Under the pieces are notes generated by a model. That model was not told the origin of the DNA and made no database searches. It worked only from the letters and a program-made list of their open reading frames with translations. Of a stretch of DNA of 64,000 nt, positions 31,318-43,172 are shown one piece after another (within the stretch, counting starts at the first letter, position 1; every line of letters begins with the position of its first letter). This DNA is from Rhodospirillaceae bacterium (GTDB taxonomy: Bacteria > Pseudomonadota > Alphaproteobacteria > GCA-2746255), in the NCBI GenBank assembly GCA_002746255.1, contig NVWO01000004.1:76774-140773 (forward strand). Reading direction: 5' to 3'. Position numbers and translations under genes: made by a program.

Positions 31318-32688
31318 ATGGCGAAAAAACTTCTGATGCAGGCCTTAAGCCCGACGATGGAAGAGGGAACCCTTGCCCGCTGGGTAAAAAAGGAAGGCGA
31401 GAAGATTGCCATTGGCGATGTGCTGGCAGAAGTCGAAACGGACAAGGCAACGGTCGAAATGGAAGCCCCGGAAGAAGGCGTTTTGGGAAAAATTCTGGTG
31501 CCGGAAGGTACCGAAAACGTCAAGGTGAACACGCCCATCGCCTGGCTTCTGGAAGAGGACGAGGATGCCCTGAAAGAAACCGACGTTCAGGAACATGCTT
31601 CGGAACCCGAAGACGTTCCTGTGCCGACGACGCCGGCGTTGGTGGCAAAACCGGCACCTGTCGCAGAACCCATATCCGCCACAGGCGCTACCGATATGGG
31701 CGAGACGATAACCCAAACTGTCCGCGATGCCCTGCGCGACGCGATGGCCGAAGAAATGCGCCGGGATAAAGATGTTTTCCTGATGGGCGAAGAGGTCGCC
31801 GAATATCAGGGGGCCTATAAAATAAGCCAGGGCCTGCTTGAGGAATTCGGGGCGATGCGGGTCGTCGACACGCCGATCACCGAGATGGGATTTGCCGGTC
31901 TTGGTGTGGGTGCCGCCTTCGCAGGGCTTCGCCCGATCATCGAGTTTATGACGTTCAACTTTGCCATGCAGGCGATTGACCATCTCGTCAATTCCGCTGC
32001 CAAGACGCTCTACATGACGGGGGGGGCGGTATCGGTTCCCATTGTTTTTCGTGGGCCAAACGGTCCGGCAGCCCGTGTCGCCGCCCAGCATTCCCAATGC
32101 TATGCCAGCTGGTATGCCCATGTGCCGGGGTTAAAAGTCGTAGCCCCGTATTCCGCTGCTGACGCAAAGGGCTTGCTGAAATCGGCCATCCGCGATCCCA
32201 ACCCGGTTGTCTTTCTGGAGAACGAAATTCTCTATGGACAGAGCATGGCGGTTCCCATCGATACGGATTTTCTTGTGCCCATCGGCAAAGCGCATGTGGT
32301 GCGCGAGGGGCGGGACGTAACGATCACCGCCTTTTCGCGAATGGTGGGGTTGGCCCTTGACGCGGCGGAGGAATTGCAAAAAGAAGGCATCGACGCCGAA
32401 GTCATCGATTTACGCACGATCCGCCCTCTGGATTTTCCAGCCATCGTCCAATCTGTGCAAAAGACGAACCGTCTGGTCAATGTCGAGGAGGGCTGGGCCT
32501 ATTCCGGCATCGGCTCTGAAATTTCCGCCCGCGCCATGGAGGAACTTTTTGATTACCTGGACGCCCCCGTTGGGCGTATCGCCGGTGCTGACGTGCCCAT
32601 GCCCTATGCCGCCAATCTTGAAGCGCTGGCGCTGCCGAGTGCCGAAAAAATCGTCACGGCGGTAAAAGCCGTCTGTTACCAGGACTGA
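31318..32688 (+). CDS. pdhB: pyruvate dehydrogenase E1 component beta subunit with N-terminal lipoyl domain
   Basis: 456 aa. N-terminal lipoyl domain ([13 protein letters not shown]...VETDKATVE), an Ala/Pro linker, then the transketolase-like beta subunit. Confidence 0.9.
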   Translation: MAKKLLMQALSPTMEEGTLARWVKKEGEKIAIGDVLAEVETDKATVEMEAPEEGVLGKILVPEGTENVKVNTPIAWLLEEDEDALKETDVQEHASEPEDVPVPTTPALVAKPAPVAEPISATGATDMGETITQTVRDALRDAMAEEMRRDKDVFLMGEEVAEYQGAYKISQGLLEEFGAMRVVDTPITEMGFAGLGVGAAFAGLRPIIEFMTFNFAMQAIDHLVNSAAKTLYMTGGAVSVPIVFRGPNGPAARVAAQHSQCYASWYAHVPGLKVVAPYSAADAKGLLKSAIRDPNPVVFLENEILYGQSMAVPIDTDFLVPIGKAHVVREGRDVTITAFSRMVGLALDAAEELQKEGIDAEVIDLRTIRPLDFPAIVQSVQKTNRLVNVEEGWAYSGIGSEISARAMEELFDYLDAPVGRIAGADVPMPYAANLEALALPSAEKIVTAVKAVCYQD

Positions 32689-32692
32689 CGCG

Positions 32693-33955
32693 ATGCCAAA
32701 ACCGGTTCTAATGCCAGCCCTTAGCCCAACGATGGAAGAGGGGACTCTTGCCCGCTGGCTAAAGAAGGAAGGCGAAAAAGTTGCGTCCGGCGATTTGCTG
32801 GCCGAGATTGAGACGGACAAGGCGACAATGGAGCTTGAAGCTGTGGACGAAGGGGTTTTGGCAAAAATCCTAATCCCGGAAGGAACCGAGGGCGTGAAGG
32901 TCAACACGCCGATGGCGTGGATTTTGGAAGAGGGCGAGGACGCAAGCGTTCTTGACACCATCGCCACTGATACACGCATTCCTGAACCGGTCGAAGCCAC
33001 CGCGCCAAAGCCAACCAAAGCTGCGCCGCGCCCGAAATCACAATCTGCCTCGCAACCGGCCATTGCCTCAGGCACGCGGATTTTTGCAAGCCCACTTGCA
33101 CGGCGGCTCGCCGAACAGGGTGGCATCGACTTAAGCCGGGTTACCGGAACCGGCCCCAGGGGCCGTATCGTCAAGCGCGATGTCGAGGGCGCGCCAGACG
33201 CTTCCCGACGCGAACGCCGGGGGCAGGTTCCCTCGCGTCCGCCGGTGGAAATGCCACCATTTAAGGAAATTCCGAACACGAATATTCGCAAGGTCATTGC
33301 CGAGCGTCTGACCCAGGTGCATCAGGACGTGCCGACCTTCTTCCTTTCCATCGATTGCACGATTGATGCGTTGCTGGACGTTCGCAAGCAGGCAAATTCG
33401 ATGCGCGAAGGCCCAAAGCTTTCCGTGAACGATTTTCTTATTCGCGCGGCGGCCTTGGCGCTGATGGACGTACCAGCGGTGAATGCAAGCTGGCAGGAAA
33501 AGGCCATCCGTCAATATGAAGCCGCCGATATTGCAATGGCTGTTACGACCGATCGCGGTTTGATTACTCCGGTCATTCGCAATGCGGAAACAAAAACAAT
33601 CGGCGACATTGCCAAAGAATCAAAAATGCTTGCAGAAAAGGCGCGGGCTGGAAAGCTTCAGCCGGAAGAATTCCAAGGCGGCACGTTTACGATTTCAAAT
33701 CTTGGCATGTTCGCCATTCGCCAGTTCGATGCGATCCTCAACCCGCCACAGGCCTGCATTCTGGCCGTTGGTGCCGGCGAAATGCAACCCGTCGTAAAAG
33801 ATAGTCGGATTTCCACGGCGACGCGGATGCGTTGCACACTTACTTGCGATCATCGGGTGGTGGATGGCGCCGTCGGTGCCGAATTTCTTGCCGCCTTTCG
33901 CTCTTACGTCGAGGAACCGGCCCGAATTCTGTTGAAGGAAGCGGGATATGGCTGA
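32693..33955 (+). CDS. pdhC: dihydrolipoamide acetyltransferase (PDH E2)
   Basis: 420 aa. Lipoyl domain, E3-binding domain ([12 protein letters not shown]) and catalytic domain with the CDHRVVDGA motif. Confidence 0.88.
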   Translation: MPKPVLMPALSPTMEEGTLARWLKKEGEKVASGDLLAEIETDKATMELEAVDEGVLAKILIPEGTEGVKVNTPMAWILEEGEDASVLDTIATDTRIPEPVEATAPKPTKAAPRPKSQSASQPAIASGTRIFASPLARRLAEQGGIDLSRVTGTGPRGRIVKRDVEGAPDASRRERRGQVPSRPPVEMPPFKEIPNTNIRKVIAERLTQVHQDVPTFFLSIDCTIDALLDVRKQANSMREGPKLSVNDFLIRAAALALMDVPAVNASWQEKAIRQYEAADIAMAVTTDRGLITPVIRNAETKTIGDIAKESKMLAEKARAGKLQPEEFQGGTFTISNLGMFAIRQFDAILNPPQACILAVGAGEMQPVVKDSRISTATRMRCTLTCDHRVVDGAVGAEFLAAFRSYVEEPARILLKEAGYG

Positions 33956-35348
33956 GCAAAAATACGACCTTGCTGTCGTAGGCGGCGGGCCAGGCGGCTA
34001 TGTCGCGGCAATTCGGGCAAGTCAGCTTGGCTTGAAAACGTCCCTTGTCGAGGAAAAGCATTTAGGTGGCATCTGCCTGAATTGGGGCTGCATTCCAACA
34101 AAAGCGCTGCTGCATTGTTCGGAAATCCAGCACACCTTGAACAACCTTGATGCTTATGGCTTCTCGGCAAAGGACATCCATTTTGATATTCAAAAGATCG
34201 TGGCGCGATCACGCGCCGTCGCCGACCAGCTCTCAAAAGGAGTCGCCTATCTTCTGAAAAAAAACAAGATAGATGTGATTGATGGCCGCGCCCGGCTTGC
34301 CGGCAAGGGCAGGCTTGTGATTGAAAAGGCGAACAAGAAAACCAGCGAGATTGCGGCGGCGCATATCCTTCTTGCGACCGGGGCGCGGGCAAAAACGCTT
34401 CCCGGCTTGGAACCAGATGGCAAGCGGGTCTGGACCTATATGGAAGCGATGGTGCCGAAAGAATTTCCAAAATCCATTCTGGTGATCGGGTCGGGTGCCA
34501 TCGGGATTGAATTTGCCAGTTTCTACCGGAATCTTGGGGCAGAGGTCACGGTGGTGGAAATTCTCGACCGCATTCTTCCCGTCGAGGATGAAGAAATTTC
34601 AAAATTTGCGAAAAAGGCCTTCGAAAAACAGGGCATTCGCATCCTGACAAAGACCACAATTGAAAAGCTTAATCGGGGGAAAGGCGGCCTTTCTGCAACC
34701 TTGTGCGTGGATGGGAAGCGCGAACGGATTGAGGCGGATCGCGCAATCGTGGCGGTCGGTATCACCGGCAATGTCGAGGATTTAGGGATCGAAGGAACAA
34801 AAATAAAGGTGGCGAAGGGGCATGTCGTCGTCAACGAATGGCTGGAAACGGGCGAGGCGGGTGTCTATGCCATCGGCGATCTTGTCGGGCCGCCATGGCT
34901 TGCCCATAAGGCGAGCCATGAAGGCGTTATCTGCGTAGAACATATCGCAAGAGTGAAGGGCGCACGCCCGCTTGACGTTTTACGGGTTCCGGGCTGCACC
35001 TATTCGATGCCACAAATAGCCAGCATCGGCATGACCGAAAAAGCGGCAAAGGCGGCCGGTTTTGAGCTTCGAATCGGGCGTTTTCCCTATCATGGCAATG
35101 GCAAAGCCATCGCGCTTGGTGCCGCAGAGGGATTTGTAAAAACACTGTTCGACAAGAAAAGCGGCGAATTGTTGGGTGCGCATATCATTGGCGCCGATGC
35201 GACGGAGCTGATCCAGGGCTATATCGTCGCGCGCAGTCTTGAGGCGACGGAGGCAGATTTAATCGAAACGATTTTCCCCCATCCGACGCTTTCGGAAATG
35301 CTGCACGAATCGGTTCTGGACGCCTATGATCGGGCCATCCATTCCTGA
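33948..35348 (+). CDS. lpdA: dihydrolipoyl dehydrogenase (E3)
   Basis: 466 aa. FAD-binding GGGPGGY and the redox disulfide [13 protein letters not shown]. Confidence 0.9.
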   Translation: MAEQKYDLAVVGGGPGGYVAAIRASQLGLKTSLVEEKHLGGICLNWGCIPTKALLHCSEIQHTLNNLDAYGFSAKDIHFDIQKIVARSRAVADQLSKGVAYLLKKNKIDVIDGRARLAGKGRLVIEKANKKTSEIAAAHILLATGARAKTLPGLEPDGKRVWTYMEAMVPKEFPKSILVIGSGAIGIEFASFYRNLGAEVTVVEILDRILPVEDEEISKFAKKAFEKQGIRILTKTTIEKLNRGKGGLSATLCVDGKRERIEADRAIVAVGITGNVEDLGIEGTKIKVAKGHVVVNEWLETGEAGVYAIGDLVGPPWLAHKASHEGVICVEHIARVKGARPLDVLRVPGCTYSMPQIASIGMTEKAAKAAGFELRIGRFPYHGNGKAIALGAAEGFVKTLFDKKSGELLGAHIIGADATELIQGYIVARSLEATEADLIETIFPHPTLSEMLHESVLDAYDRAIHS

Positions 35349-35367
35349 GAGGATCCGGAAACGACCC

Positions 35368-36285
35368 ATGACGAACGTCAACAACCTTCACCGGCAGGAA
35401 AGACTGCGCAAGCCTTCCTGGATTCGCGTGAAAGCCCCAACCTCGCCGGCGTACGCAGAAACGCACAAGCTCATGCGTCGCCTGAAACTCAACACGGTCT
35501 GCGAGGAGGCTGCCTGTCCGAACATTGGCGAATGTTGGGAGCAAAAGCATGCAACCGTCATGATCCTGGGCAGCGTTTGTACACGCGCCTGCGCCTTTTG
35601 CAACGTCGCGACAGGCAAACCCGATCTTCTTGATCCCCATGAGCCTTCGAACATCGCCGCGCTGGTTGTGGAAACGGGTCTCAAGCATATCGTTATCACA
35701 TCGGTTGACCGGGACGATCTTGCCGATGGTGGCGCTAGCCATTTTGTCCGTTGTATCGAAGCGATCCGCGAACGCAGTGCGGCAACAACGATCGAGGTGT
35801 TAACCCCGGACTTTCTTAGAAAAGAAGGCGCGATTGCGGTTGTTGCCGCTGCCCGTCCGGACGTTTTCAACCACAATCTTGAAACCGTGCCGAGGCTTTA
35901 TCCAAAAATTCGCCCAGGCGCCCGCTATTACCATTCCCTTCGCCTGCTGGATCAGGTGGGGCGGCTTGAGACTTCGGTCTTTACGAAATCCGGAATCATG
36001 GTTGGGCTAGGCGAAACGAAGGGCGAGGTGTTGCAGGTCATGGACGATTTGCGCTCGGCCGACGTTGATTTTCTGACCATTGGCCAATATTTACAGCCGA
36101 CTCCGCGCCATGTGCCCGTGGCCGAATATGTGACGCCTGAGACGTTTAAGAAATATCGCCGCATAGCCTTTGCAAAAGGCTTTCTTATGGTTTCCGCCTC
36201 ACCCTTGACGCGTTCGTCCTATCATGCGGACAGGGATTTCGAATCCCTTCAGAAGGCGCGCGCCGAACGTCTTACAGGCGGTTAG
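35368..36285 (+). CDS. lipA: lipoyl synthase
   Basis: Internal ATG of ORF 35326..36285. Two Fe-S cysteine clusters: [12 protein letters not shown] and CTRACAFC. Confidence 0.92.
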   Translation: MTNVNNLHRQERLRKPSWIRVKAPTSPAYAETHKLMRRLKLNTVCEEAACPNIGECWEQKHATVMILGSVCTRACAFCNVATGKPDLLDPHEPSNIAALVVETGLKHIVITSVDRDDLADGGASHFVRCIEAIRERSAATTIEVLTPDFLRKEGAIAVVAAARPDVFNHNLETVPRLYPKIRPGARYYHSLRLLDQVGRLETSVFTKSGIMVGLGETKGEVLQVMDDLRSADVDFLTIGQYLQPTPRHVPVAEYVTPETFKKYRRIAFAKGFLMVSASPLTRSSYHADRDFESLQKARAERLTGG

Positions 36286-36294
36286 ACGGATCGC

Positions 36295-36747
36295 ATGCCG
36301 ACACATGCGGAAAAACGCCACCTTCCTTATACGCCGGAGCAGCTTTTCGATCTGGTTGCGGACATTGAACGCTACCCGGAATTTCTTCCCTGGTGCCAGA
36401 GCGCCAGAATACGAAAGCAGGAAGGAAACACGGTCCATGCGGATGTCGTGATCGGTTTTAAAATGTTCCGCGAACATTTTTCTTCCATTGACGTTTTCGA
36501 TCGACCGCACCGAATTGACATTCGCTATACGAAGGGCCCCCTTCATTATCTCAACAATCACTGGATTTTCGAGGCGGCACCGGATGGCGGTTGCGTCATC
36601 GATTTCTATATCGACTTTGAGTTTCGCTCACGCGTCTTTCAAAAGGTGATGGGGGTTCTTTTCGACGAGGCACTGGGGCGGCTTCTCGAAGCCTTTGAAA
36701 CCCGTGCCCATGCGATCTATGGCGTACCGGAAGCAAAGGCACCCTAG
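36295..36747 (+). CDS. SRPBCC family protein (COQ10/RatA-like; often annotated type II TA RatA family toxin)
   Basis: 150 aa polyketide-cyclase/START-like fold. Conserved position downstream of lipA. No adjacent partner gene. Confidence 0.75.
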   Translation: MPTHAEKRHLPYTPEQLFDLVADIERYPEFLPWCQSARIRKQEGNTVHADVVIGFKMFREHFSSIDVFDRPHRIDIRYTKGPLHYLNNHWIFEAAPDGGCVIDFYIDFEFRSRVFQKVMGVLFDEALGRLLEAFETRAHAIYGVPEAKAP

Positions 36748-37244
36748 GCAAGCCGCCGTTTCACCTGCTTTATCAAAAGATCGATTGCCGCATGCACGCA
36801 TTGCACGCGAATGGCCGCGCGGTCACCTTGAAAAATATGGCGTGCGTGAAGGGTTTCCAGACCATGGGCCGCGACGGCGACATGCACCAGGCCGACCGGC
36901 TTTTCCGGCGTGCCGCCCTCTGGGCCGGCTACCCCGGTGATGGCGACGGCAAGGTCCACCCCGGTTCCGGCGAGGGCGCCTTCCGCCATCGCGCGCGCCG
37001 TTTCTTCGCTGACGGCGCCGGCGCTCTCAAACAGAGCTTCCGGCACGCCGAGAAGGGCCACCTTCGACGCGTTTGAATAGGTAACAAAACCGTGGTCCAA
37101 CAGGTTTGACGCGCCGGGGATTGCCGTCAGGCAGGCGCTAAGAAGCCCGCCGGTGCACGATTCAGCCGTAACCAGACGCAACCCGGCCTTGTCACAAAGG
37201 CGAAGGATCCGGGTCGCTTTTTCCAGAAGTTCCCTGGAAAACAT
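36744..37244 (-). CDS. CinA family protein (nicotinamide-nucleotide amidohydrolase PncC-like)
   Basis: 166 aa CinA C-terminal domain (LVTAESCTGGLLSA, GVAGPEGGTPEKPVG). Confidence 0.8.
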   Translation of the reverse strand: MFSRELLEKATRILRLCDKAGLRLVTAESCTGGLLSACLTAIPGASNLLDHGFVTYSNASKVALLGVPEALFESAGAVSEETARAMAEGALAGTGVDLAVAITGVAGPEGGTPEKPVGLVHVAVAAHGLETLHARHIFQGDRAAIRVQCVHAAIDLLIKQVKRRLA

Positions 37245-37247
37245 CTC

Positions 37248-37748
37248 TCACGCCTCAATAAAATACATTGCGATGAAAAGACCCGCCGCCGCATAAAGCG
37301 CCGCCAGCAAATCATCCGCCATAACACCAAACGCACCGGGAAACCGTTTTTCAAAACGACGGATCGGCCAGGGTTTTAGAATGTCCGCCACCCGGAAAAG
37401 CAAGAAGGCGAGGCCATAAAAAAAGCCATCTCGCGGCACCAGGGCAAGAACCAGCCACTGGGCGACAACTTCGTCGATAACAATATCCGGCGGGTCGTGG
37501 CTTTCCGATGCCTGCCCATAGACGTGGGATGCCCAAAGGCCAATCGGAAAAAAAAGCGCCGCAAGCAGGACAAGGGCAGCCGGCCCGTCCGGCCCAAAAG
37601 CGCCGACAACAACCCAGGCGACGGGAAGAGCAGCAAAGGATCCCCAGGTTCCGGGTGCCAGAGGAATGCGCCCAATGCCAAAAACGGTTCCGATCCAGAA
37701 CGCCGGATGGAGAAAGGGAAGCGGGGATTTTTTTTGCATTTTTGCCAC
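37248..37748 (-). CDS. pgpA: phosphatidylglycerophosphatase A
   Basis: 166 aa membrane protein. GIGRIPLAPGTWGS and DIVIDEV motifs. Confidence 0.85.
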   Translation of the reverse strand: MAKMQKKSPLPFLHPAFWIGTVFGIGRIPLAPGTWGSFAALPVAWVVVGAFGPDGPAALVLLAALFFPIGLWASHVYGQASESHDPPDIVIDEVVAQWLVLALVPRDGFFYGLAFLLFRVADILKPWPIRRFEKRFPGAFGVMADDLLAALYAAAGLFIAMYFIEA

Positions 37749-37754
37749 GAAAAT

Positions 37755-38909
37755 CTATTCCGCCAGGGCGATGGTTGCGATGGCCTGGGCGGCGATCGCT
37801 TCTTTCCTGCCTAGAAAGCCCACACCTTCCGTCGTCGTTGCCTTGACGCTGATGGCACTTTCCAAAAGCCCGGTGATGGCTGCGAGCCGCGCGATCATGC
37901 CCAAACGATGGGGGGCGAGTTTCGGCGCTTCACAGATCAGGGTCACGTCCAGATTGTGGACATGGCCGCCACGCTCGGCCAAGCGCGTCAGAGCGTGGCG
38001 TAGAAAAAGGGCTGAATCAACGCCCTGCCATTTTGGGTCCGTTGGTGGAAAATGGATGCCAATATCGCCATCGCCCATCGCACCAAGGATTGCGTCCGTC
38101 AGCGCATGCAAACCGACATCGCCATCGGAATGGGCCTCAATGCCATGGCTGTGAGGGACGGCAAGGCCACAGATCATCACGTGGTCGCCGGGGCCAAAAC
38201 GGTGCACGTCAAATCCCTGGCCAACGCGAACCAGGCCAGCATTGCCTGCTATTCTACGTTCGGCGCGCGCGAAATCCTCCGGCGTCGTAACCTTGAAATT
38301 ATCTTCGGAACCGGCAACCAGCCGTACCGGAATGCCAACCGCTTCGGCCACGGCGGCGTCGTCGGTCAAATTGGTGCCTTTCATTTGATGATGCCCCTCA
38401 AGAATAGCCGGAAAATGAAACCCCTGAGGGGTCTGCGCATGCCAAAGCCCCTGACGGTTAATTGTGTCGGTGACGTGGCCAGCCTCCTCTTTCTTCAGGG
38501 TATCGGTAACGGGGAGGGCGGCAATCACCGCTACGTCCGTTGCCAACGCGGCGACAACCCGTTCGATGGTTGCAAAATTGACAAAGGGACGGGCGGCGTC
38601 GTGAATCAAAATGTGCTGCGGCGCAGCACTGCCAAGGCTTTCAAGACCCAGCCGAACGGATTCCTGTCGTGTCGCGCCGCCGAAAACCGGGTCGGGAAGG
38701 GACATACCACGCACGGCATCGGCATAAAGCGCCGCGTCATCGGCGTGGATGACAACTTGGATATGGTTGATCCTGGGGTGTGTGTGAAAGGCCTCAAGGG
38801 TCCAACGCAGCACTTCCTTGCCGCCAAGGGGCAGATATTGTTTTGGCAACTCGCCACCAAGGCGCTGGCCGCGGCCAGCGGCGACGATCAAGACGGCGCA
38901 CCCGGTCAT
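37755..38909 (-). CDS. ispDF: bifunctional 2-C-methyl-D-erythritol 4-phosphate cytidylyltransferase / 2,4-cyclodiphosphate synthase
   Basis: N-terminal IspD (VLIVAAGRGQRLG) fused to C-terminal IspF (GQGFDVHRF, SDGDVGLHA). Start at the internal Met; the ORF track TTG is at 38942. Confidence 0.9.
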   Translation of the reverse strand: MTGCAVLIVAAGRGQRLGGELPKQYLPLGGKEVLRWTLEAFHTHPRINHIQVVIHADDAALYADAVRGMSLPDPVFGGATRQESVRLGLESLGSAAPQHILIHDAARPFVNFATIERVVAALATDVAVIAALPVTDTLKKEEAGHVTDTINRQGLWHAQTPQGFHFPAILEGHHQMKGTNLTDDAAVAEAVGIPVRLVAGSEDNFKVTTPEDFARAERRIAGNAGLVRVGQGFDVHRFGPGDHVMICGLAVPHSHGIEAHSDGDVGLHALTDAILGAMGDGDIGIHFPPTDPKWQGVDSALFLRHALTRLAERGGHVHNLDVTLICEAPKLAPHRLGMIARLAAITGLLESAISVKATTTEGVGFLGRKEAIAAQAIATIALAE

Positions 38910-39110
38910 GGGTTGTTCTCCTTCGGGGACGAATGGCGCCAAACTAGCCGTGCTTCATGCCCTTGCCAAGGCAACAGGCCGGATTGAGGCAAGGCTCCGG
39001 GGAAGAAAGCATCTTGCATAAGAATTATGCAGCTTATAACCTGCCTAAAATATACTCAAAAGCGACCGAAATGGCTACAAATTCCATTTAGTTTCAAGTG
39101 ATTGTCCGAC

Positions 39111-40241
39111 ATGGCAAAAGCGATGACTCGATTGAAACGGAAGCAAGCGGTTGAAAGCCTGGAAATCGGGAAAGTTCTCGCCAGCATTCCGAATCCGGTT
39201 CTTGTAGTCGGGCTGGAAAACGAAATCCGCTTTGCCAATCTGGCTGCCGAAGAGTTCTTCAGCGCAAGCATCACCAACCTCTGTGAGCGGCCTTTGAGCG
39301 CGGTGCTGTCTTTGGACAGTCCAATTTTTGCGCTGATGCAACAGGTGCGTGATGGTGGCAGCAGTATTTTTGAATATGGGTTGAACCTAAGCGGCCCGCG
39401 TTTTACGCCACGGCTTGTGGCGGTGCAAATTACGACCATTGTGGGTCAGGAAAACCATCTTCTTCTTTCCATCCACGAACGCTCAATCGCTCAGAAAATC
39501 GGCCAGTTCGTTCATAAAGGCGCTGCCCGTTCCGTCACGGCAATGGCCTCAATGCTGGCCCATGAGGTAAAAAACCCGCTTTCCGGGATTCGCGGTGCGG
39601 CGCAATTGCTTGAACAGAACGCCACAGCGGATGACAAGGCGCTTACGCGCCTGATTTGTGACGAAACGGACCGGATATGCAAGCTCGTGGATCGGATGGA
39701 AATTTTTTCAGACGGCCTGCCGCTTGAACGTGAAGCGGTGAACATTCATCAGGTACTTGAACGTGTTCAACAGATCGCCCAGAGCGGATTCGCCCGGCAC
39801 GTTCGCTTCGTCGAACGCTACGACCCATCTCTGCCGTCGGTCTCCGGCAACCGCGATCAGTTAACCCAGGTCTTTTTGAATCTTGTAAAGAACGCGGCCG
39901 AAGCCGTGCCTGGAAAAAGTGGCGAAATTGTGCTCGCCACGTCCTATCAACATGGCATGCGTCTGGGCAGTCCTGATGGCAGAAGTCGCGTTTTGCTACC
40001 GCTTGTCGTCAGCGTGCACGACAACGGCCCGGGCATTCCAGAGGAAATACGTCCGCATCTTTTCGATCCATTTATCACGGCGAAGGTGAACGGAACGGGG
40101 CTTGGTCTGGCCCTTGTGGCAAAAATTATCAACGACCATGGCGGCATCGTCGAATTCGACAGCGAGCCTTACCATACGGTTTTTCGCGTCATGTTGCCCA
40201 TTGCCCATGAGCAGAAAGAGACGGGGGAGGAAAACGAATGA
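39111..40241 (+). CDS. ntrB: nitrogen regulation sensor histidine kinase NtrB
   Basis: PAS-like N-domain, H-box [19 protein letters not shown] and a HATPase_c domain ([20 protein letters not shown]). ATG 9 nt inside the ORF-track TTG start. Confidence 0.85.
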   Translation: MAKAMTRLKRKQAVESLEIGKVLASIPNPVLVVGLENEIRFANLAAEEFFSASITNLCERPLSAVLSLDSPIFALMQQVRDGGSSIFEYGLNLSGPRFTPRLVAVQITTIVGQENHLLLSIHERSIAQKIGQFVHKGAARSVTAMASMLAHEVKNPLSGIRGAAQLLEQNATADDKALTRLICDETDRICKLVDRMEIFSDGLPLEREAVNIHQVLERVQQIAQSGFARHVRFVERYDPSLPSVSGNRDQLTQVFLNLVKNAAEAVPGKSGEIVLATSYQHGMRLGSPDGRSRVLLPLVVSVHDNGPGIPEEIRPHLFDPFITAKVNGTGLGLALVAKIINDHGGIVEFDSEPYHTVFRVMLPIAHEQKETGEENE

Positions 40242-41677
40242 CGAATGCCACAATTCTGCTTGCAGAGGATGACCGCGCCATTCGTCTTGTTGTTGAACAG
40301 GCATTGAGTCGGCAAGGCTATGAGGTGCGTTCAACGGGAAATGCCGCAACGCTTTGGAAATGGGTCAGCAATGGCGACGGGCAGCTCGTCATCACCGATG
40401 TTATTCTGCCGGACGAAAACGGCCTCGACCTTATTCCGCGTATCAAAAAACTTCGGCCCGACCTTCGCGTTATCGTCATGAGCGCTCAAAACACGCTGTT
40501 AACCGCCGTGCGCGCAACGGAGCAGGGTGCTTTTGAATATTTGCCAAAGCCATTTGACCTAACAGAGCTTGTAAACATCGTGAAACGGGCGCTGACGGTT
40601 CGTGACCCAAAGCTTTCCGCCGCCTCCGAGGCTGGCGAAACCGATGAGCAACTTCCGCTTATCGGGCGTTCCCCCGCCATGCAGGAAATATATCGAATTA
40701 TGGCGCGTCTCATGGGGACGGACCTTACCGTCATGATTTTCGGCGAGTCGGGAACGGGAAAAGAACTCGTTGCCCGGGCACTCCACGATTTTGGCAAACG
40801 TCGAAATGCTTCTTTTGTTGCCATCAACATGGCGGCCATTCCGAAAGAATTGATCGAAAGCGAACTCTTTGGCCATGAGAAGGGGGCGTTCACGGGTGCG
40901 ACGGCGCGGCACACCGGGCGTTTTGAGCAGGCGGAAGGAGGCACGCTTTTTCTGGACGAAATCGGCGACATGCCCCTTGAAGCGCAAACGCGGCTTTTGC
41001 GAGTCCTTCAGGAAGGCGAATTTACGACGGTTGGCGGGCGAACGCCGATCCGGGTGAATGTGCGCATTATCGCGGCAACGCATCGCAATTTGCAGCAGCT
41101 CGTTAATCAGGGACTCTTTCGCGAGGACCTTTTTTACCGGCTCAACGTCGTACCGATACGGCTGCCGCCGCTTCGCGAGCGGGTTGAGGACATTCCGTCC
41201 CTGGCGCGTCACTTTCTGGCCCAGGCTGTGGCGGAAGGGCTACCATTGAAAACCTTGGGACCGGCTGCCATGGCGCGACTGAAAGAATACAGCTGGCCTG
41301 GAAATGTTCGTGAGATAGAGAATTTTATCCGCCGCCTTGCCGCGCTTTATTCCGAGGACGTCCTTGACCTTGATGTCATCGAAGCCGAGTTTTCCGGATT
41401 GCAGCCTCAGGCAGCGGCCCTTCCTGCCAAAGACGAAGGGTTGGAAGCAGCCGTCGAACGGCATTTAAGGAACTGCTTTGGCGCGCAGCCGGACGAATTG
41501 CCTCATGGCCTTTACGGGAAGATTATCCACGAAGTGGAAAAGCCACTTTTGGCCTATACCCTTGCCGCAACGCGGGGAAATCAGGTGCGTGCGGCAGAAA
41601 TTCTTGGGTTGAACCGCAATACGCTTCGCAAGAAAATTCGTGAGTTGGACATCCCCGTGGTTCGCGGCCTAAAATAG
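40238..41677 (+). CDS. ntrC: sigma-54-dependent response regulator NtrC
   Basis: 479 aa. REC domain, AAA+ sigma-54 activator ([14 protein letters not shown]) and a C-terminal Fis-type HTH. ATGA overlap with ntrB. Confidence 0.9.
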   Translation: MTNATILLAEDDRAIRLVVEQALSRQGYEVRSTGNAATLWKWVSNGDGQLVITDVILPDENGLDLIPRIKKLRPDLRVIVMSAQNTLLTAVRATEQGAFEYLPKPFDLTELVNIVKRALTVRDPKLSAASEAGETDEQLPLIGRSPAMQEIYRIMARLMGTDLTVMIFGESGTGKELVARALHDFGKRRNASFVAINMAAIPKELIESELFGHEKGAFTGATARHTGRFEQAEGGTLFLDEIGDMPLEAQTRLLRVLQEGEFTTVGGRTPIRVNVRIIAATHRNLQQLVNQGLFREDLFYRLNVVPIRLPPLRERVEDIPSLARHFLAQAVAEGLPLKTLGPAAMARLKEYSWPGNVREIENFIRRLAALYSEDVLDLDVIEAEFSGLQPQAAALPAKDEGLEAAVERHLRNCFGAQPDELPHGLYGKIIHEVEKPLLAYTLAATRGNQVRAAEILGLNRNTLRKKIRELDIPVVRGLK

Positions 41678-41760
41678 TGCCATCAGGGGGGCCGGTTTCT
41701 CGGTTTCTTTCCAGTGCGCGGGACGCACGCTCCAGAAAATTTTAGGACACCCTTCGTAAC

Positions 41761-43137
41761 ATGAAAGTTGTCATTTGTGGCGCCGGCCAGGTGGGGTTTA
41801 ACATCGCTCGCCAATTGTCGGAAGAAGGCAACGATGTAACGGTCGTTGATCAGGAAGCCGAGCGGATCAACCGGGTCGCTTCGTCTCTCGACGTTCAGGC
41901 GATCATGGGCTTCGCGTCGCATCCGGATGTTCTGGAACAGGCCTGCACGCAGGATGCCGATATGTTGATCGCCGTCACGCGTGAAGACGAAATCAACATG
42001 ATCGCCTGCCAGATTGCCCATTCGTTGTTCAATGTGCCCGTAAAGATCGCACGCATTCGCGAGCCAGCCTACATGAAGCCGATGTGGGCTGATTTGTTCA
42101 GCCGCGATCACTTGCCGATTGATGTCATCATTTCGCCGGAGGTTGAAGTTGCACGCGCCATTGCGCGCCGTCTGGAGGTGCCGGGCGCGTTTGACGTGAT
42201 TCCGCTGGCAGAAGGAAAAGTGAAGTTGATCGGGCTTAAGTGCAAAGAAGACTGCCCGGTTGTGAACACGCCTTTGCTGCAGCTTACGGAACTTTTTCCA
42301 GACCTGCACATTACCGTTGTCAGCATTGTACGGGACAATAAATTGATTGTCCCTTCCAACACGGATCAGATGTTGGCCGGGGATGCGGTCTATTTTATCG
42401 CCGAAGCCACCCATGTGAAACGCGCCATGGAGGCGTTCGGCCAGGAAGGCCAAGAGGCGCGGCGTGTGTGCATCATCGGTGGCGGCAATGTCGGCCTGTT
42501 TCTTGCGCAAGAGTTGGAGAACAACCATCCCGGCGTGCACCCGAAATTAATCGAATTCGATCTGCACCGTGCAGAACAGATTGCTGAGAAGCTGGACCGG
42601 ACGGTTGTTCTTCACGGCGATGCCCTTGACCTTCAGCTGCTCGAGGAAATGAACATTCGTTCCGCCGAAGCCATCGTCGCCGTCACAAACAACGATGAAA
42701 CCAACATCCTTGGCTCGTTACTGGCAAAGCGGCAGGGGTGCCCCAGGGCGATTGCGCTTATCAACAATGACACCTATGGCCAGCTTGTCGGCTGGCTTGG
42801 AATTGATGCCGTCGTAAGTCCGCGCGTGATTACCATCTCGTCCATTCTTCAGCACGTTCGGCGCGGGCGAATCCGGGCCGTCCACACCCTTCATGAAGGG
42901 ATGGGAGAGATCATCGAGGCAGAAGCGCTTAAGACCTCAAGCCTGGTTGGCAAGCCGCTCCGCGAGATTGATCTGCCGGATGAAATCCTTATCGGGGCAA
43001 TTGTGCGCGACGAGCAAGTGCTCATTCCACGCGGGGGCACAACGATCAAGACGGGTGACCGCGTCATCCTTTTTGCCGCCGCCGGTGCCGTAAAGAAAGT
43101 CGAAAAACTGTTCACCGTGGGTCTGGAATTTTTCTAG
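41761..43137 (+). CDS. trkA: Trk system potassium uptake protein TrkA
   Basis: 458 aa. Tandem RCK N/C domains with two Rossmann GxGxxG motifs (ICGAGQVG and IIGGGNVG). Confidence 0.9.
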   Translation: MKVVICGAGQVGFNIARQLSEEGNDVTVVDQEAERINRVASSLDVQAIMGFASHPDVLEQACTQDADMLIAVTREDEINMIACQIAHSLFNVPVKIARIREPAYMKPMWADLFSRDHLPIDVIISPEVEVARAIARRLEVPGAFDVIPLAEGKVKLIGLKCKEDCPVVNTPLLQLTELFPDLHITVVSIVRDNKLIVPSNTDQMLAGDAVYFIAEATHVKRAMEAFGQEGQEARRVCIIGGGNVGLFLAQELENNHPGVHPKLIEFDLHRAEQIAEKLDRTVVLHGDALDLQLLEEMNIRSAEAIVAVTNNDETNILGSLLAKRQGCPRAIALINNDTYGQLVGWLGIDAVVSPRVITISSILQHVRRGRIRAVHTLHEGMGEIIEAEALKTSSLVGKPLREIDLPDEILIGAIVRDEQVLIPRGGTTIKTGDRVILFAAAGAVKKVEKLFTVGLEFF

Positions 43138-43172
43138 ACCGCCATCTTGCGGATAAAACGGCGGAAAAACCA

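Noticed and set aside
36295-36747. RatA-family 'toxin' as part of a toxin-antitoxin system
   Set aside because: No small partner gene is adjacent. In alphaproteobacteria this lipA-linked SRPBCC gene is the conserved COQ10-like protein, not a mobile TA module.
38990-39030. Sigma-54 promoter or NtrC enhancer upstream of ntrB (dyad GCATAA-GAA-TTATGC)
   Set aside because: A small dyad exists, but there is no TGGCAC-N5-TTGC -24/-12 match. Too weak to call a feature.
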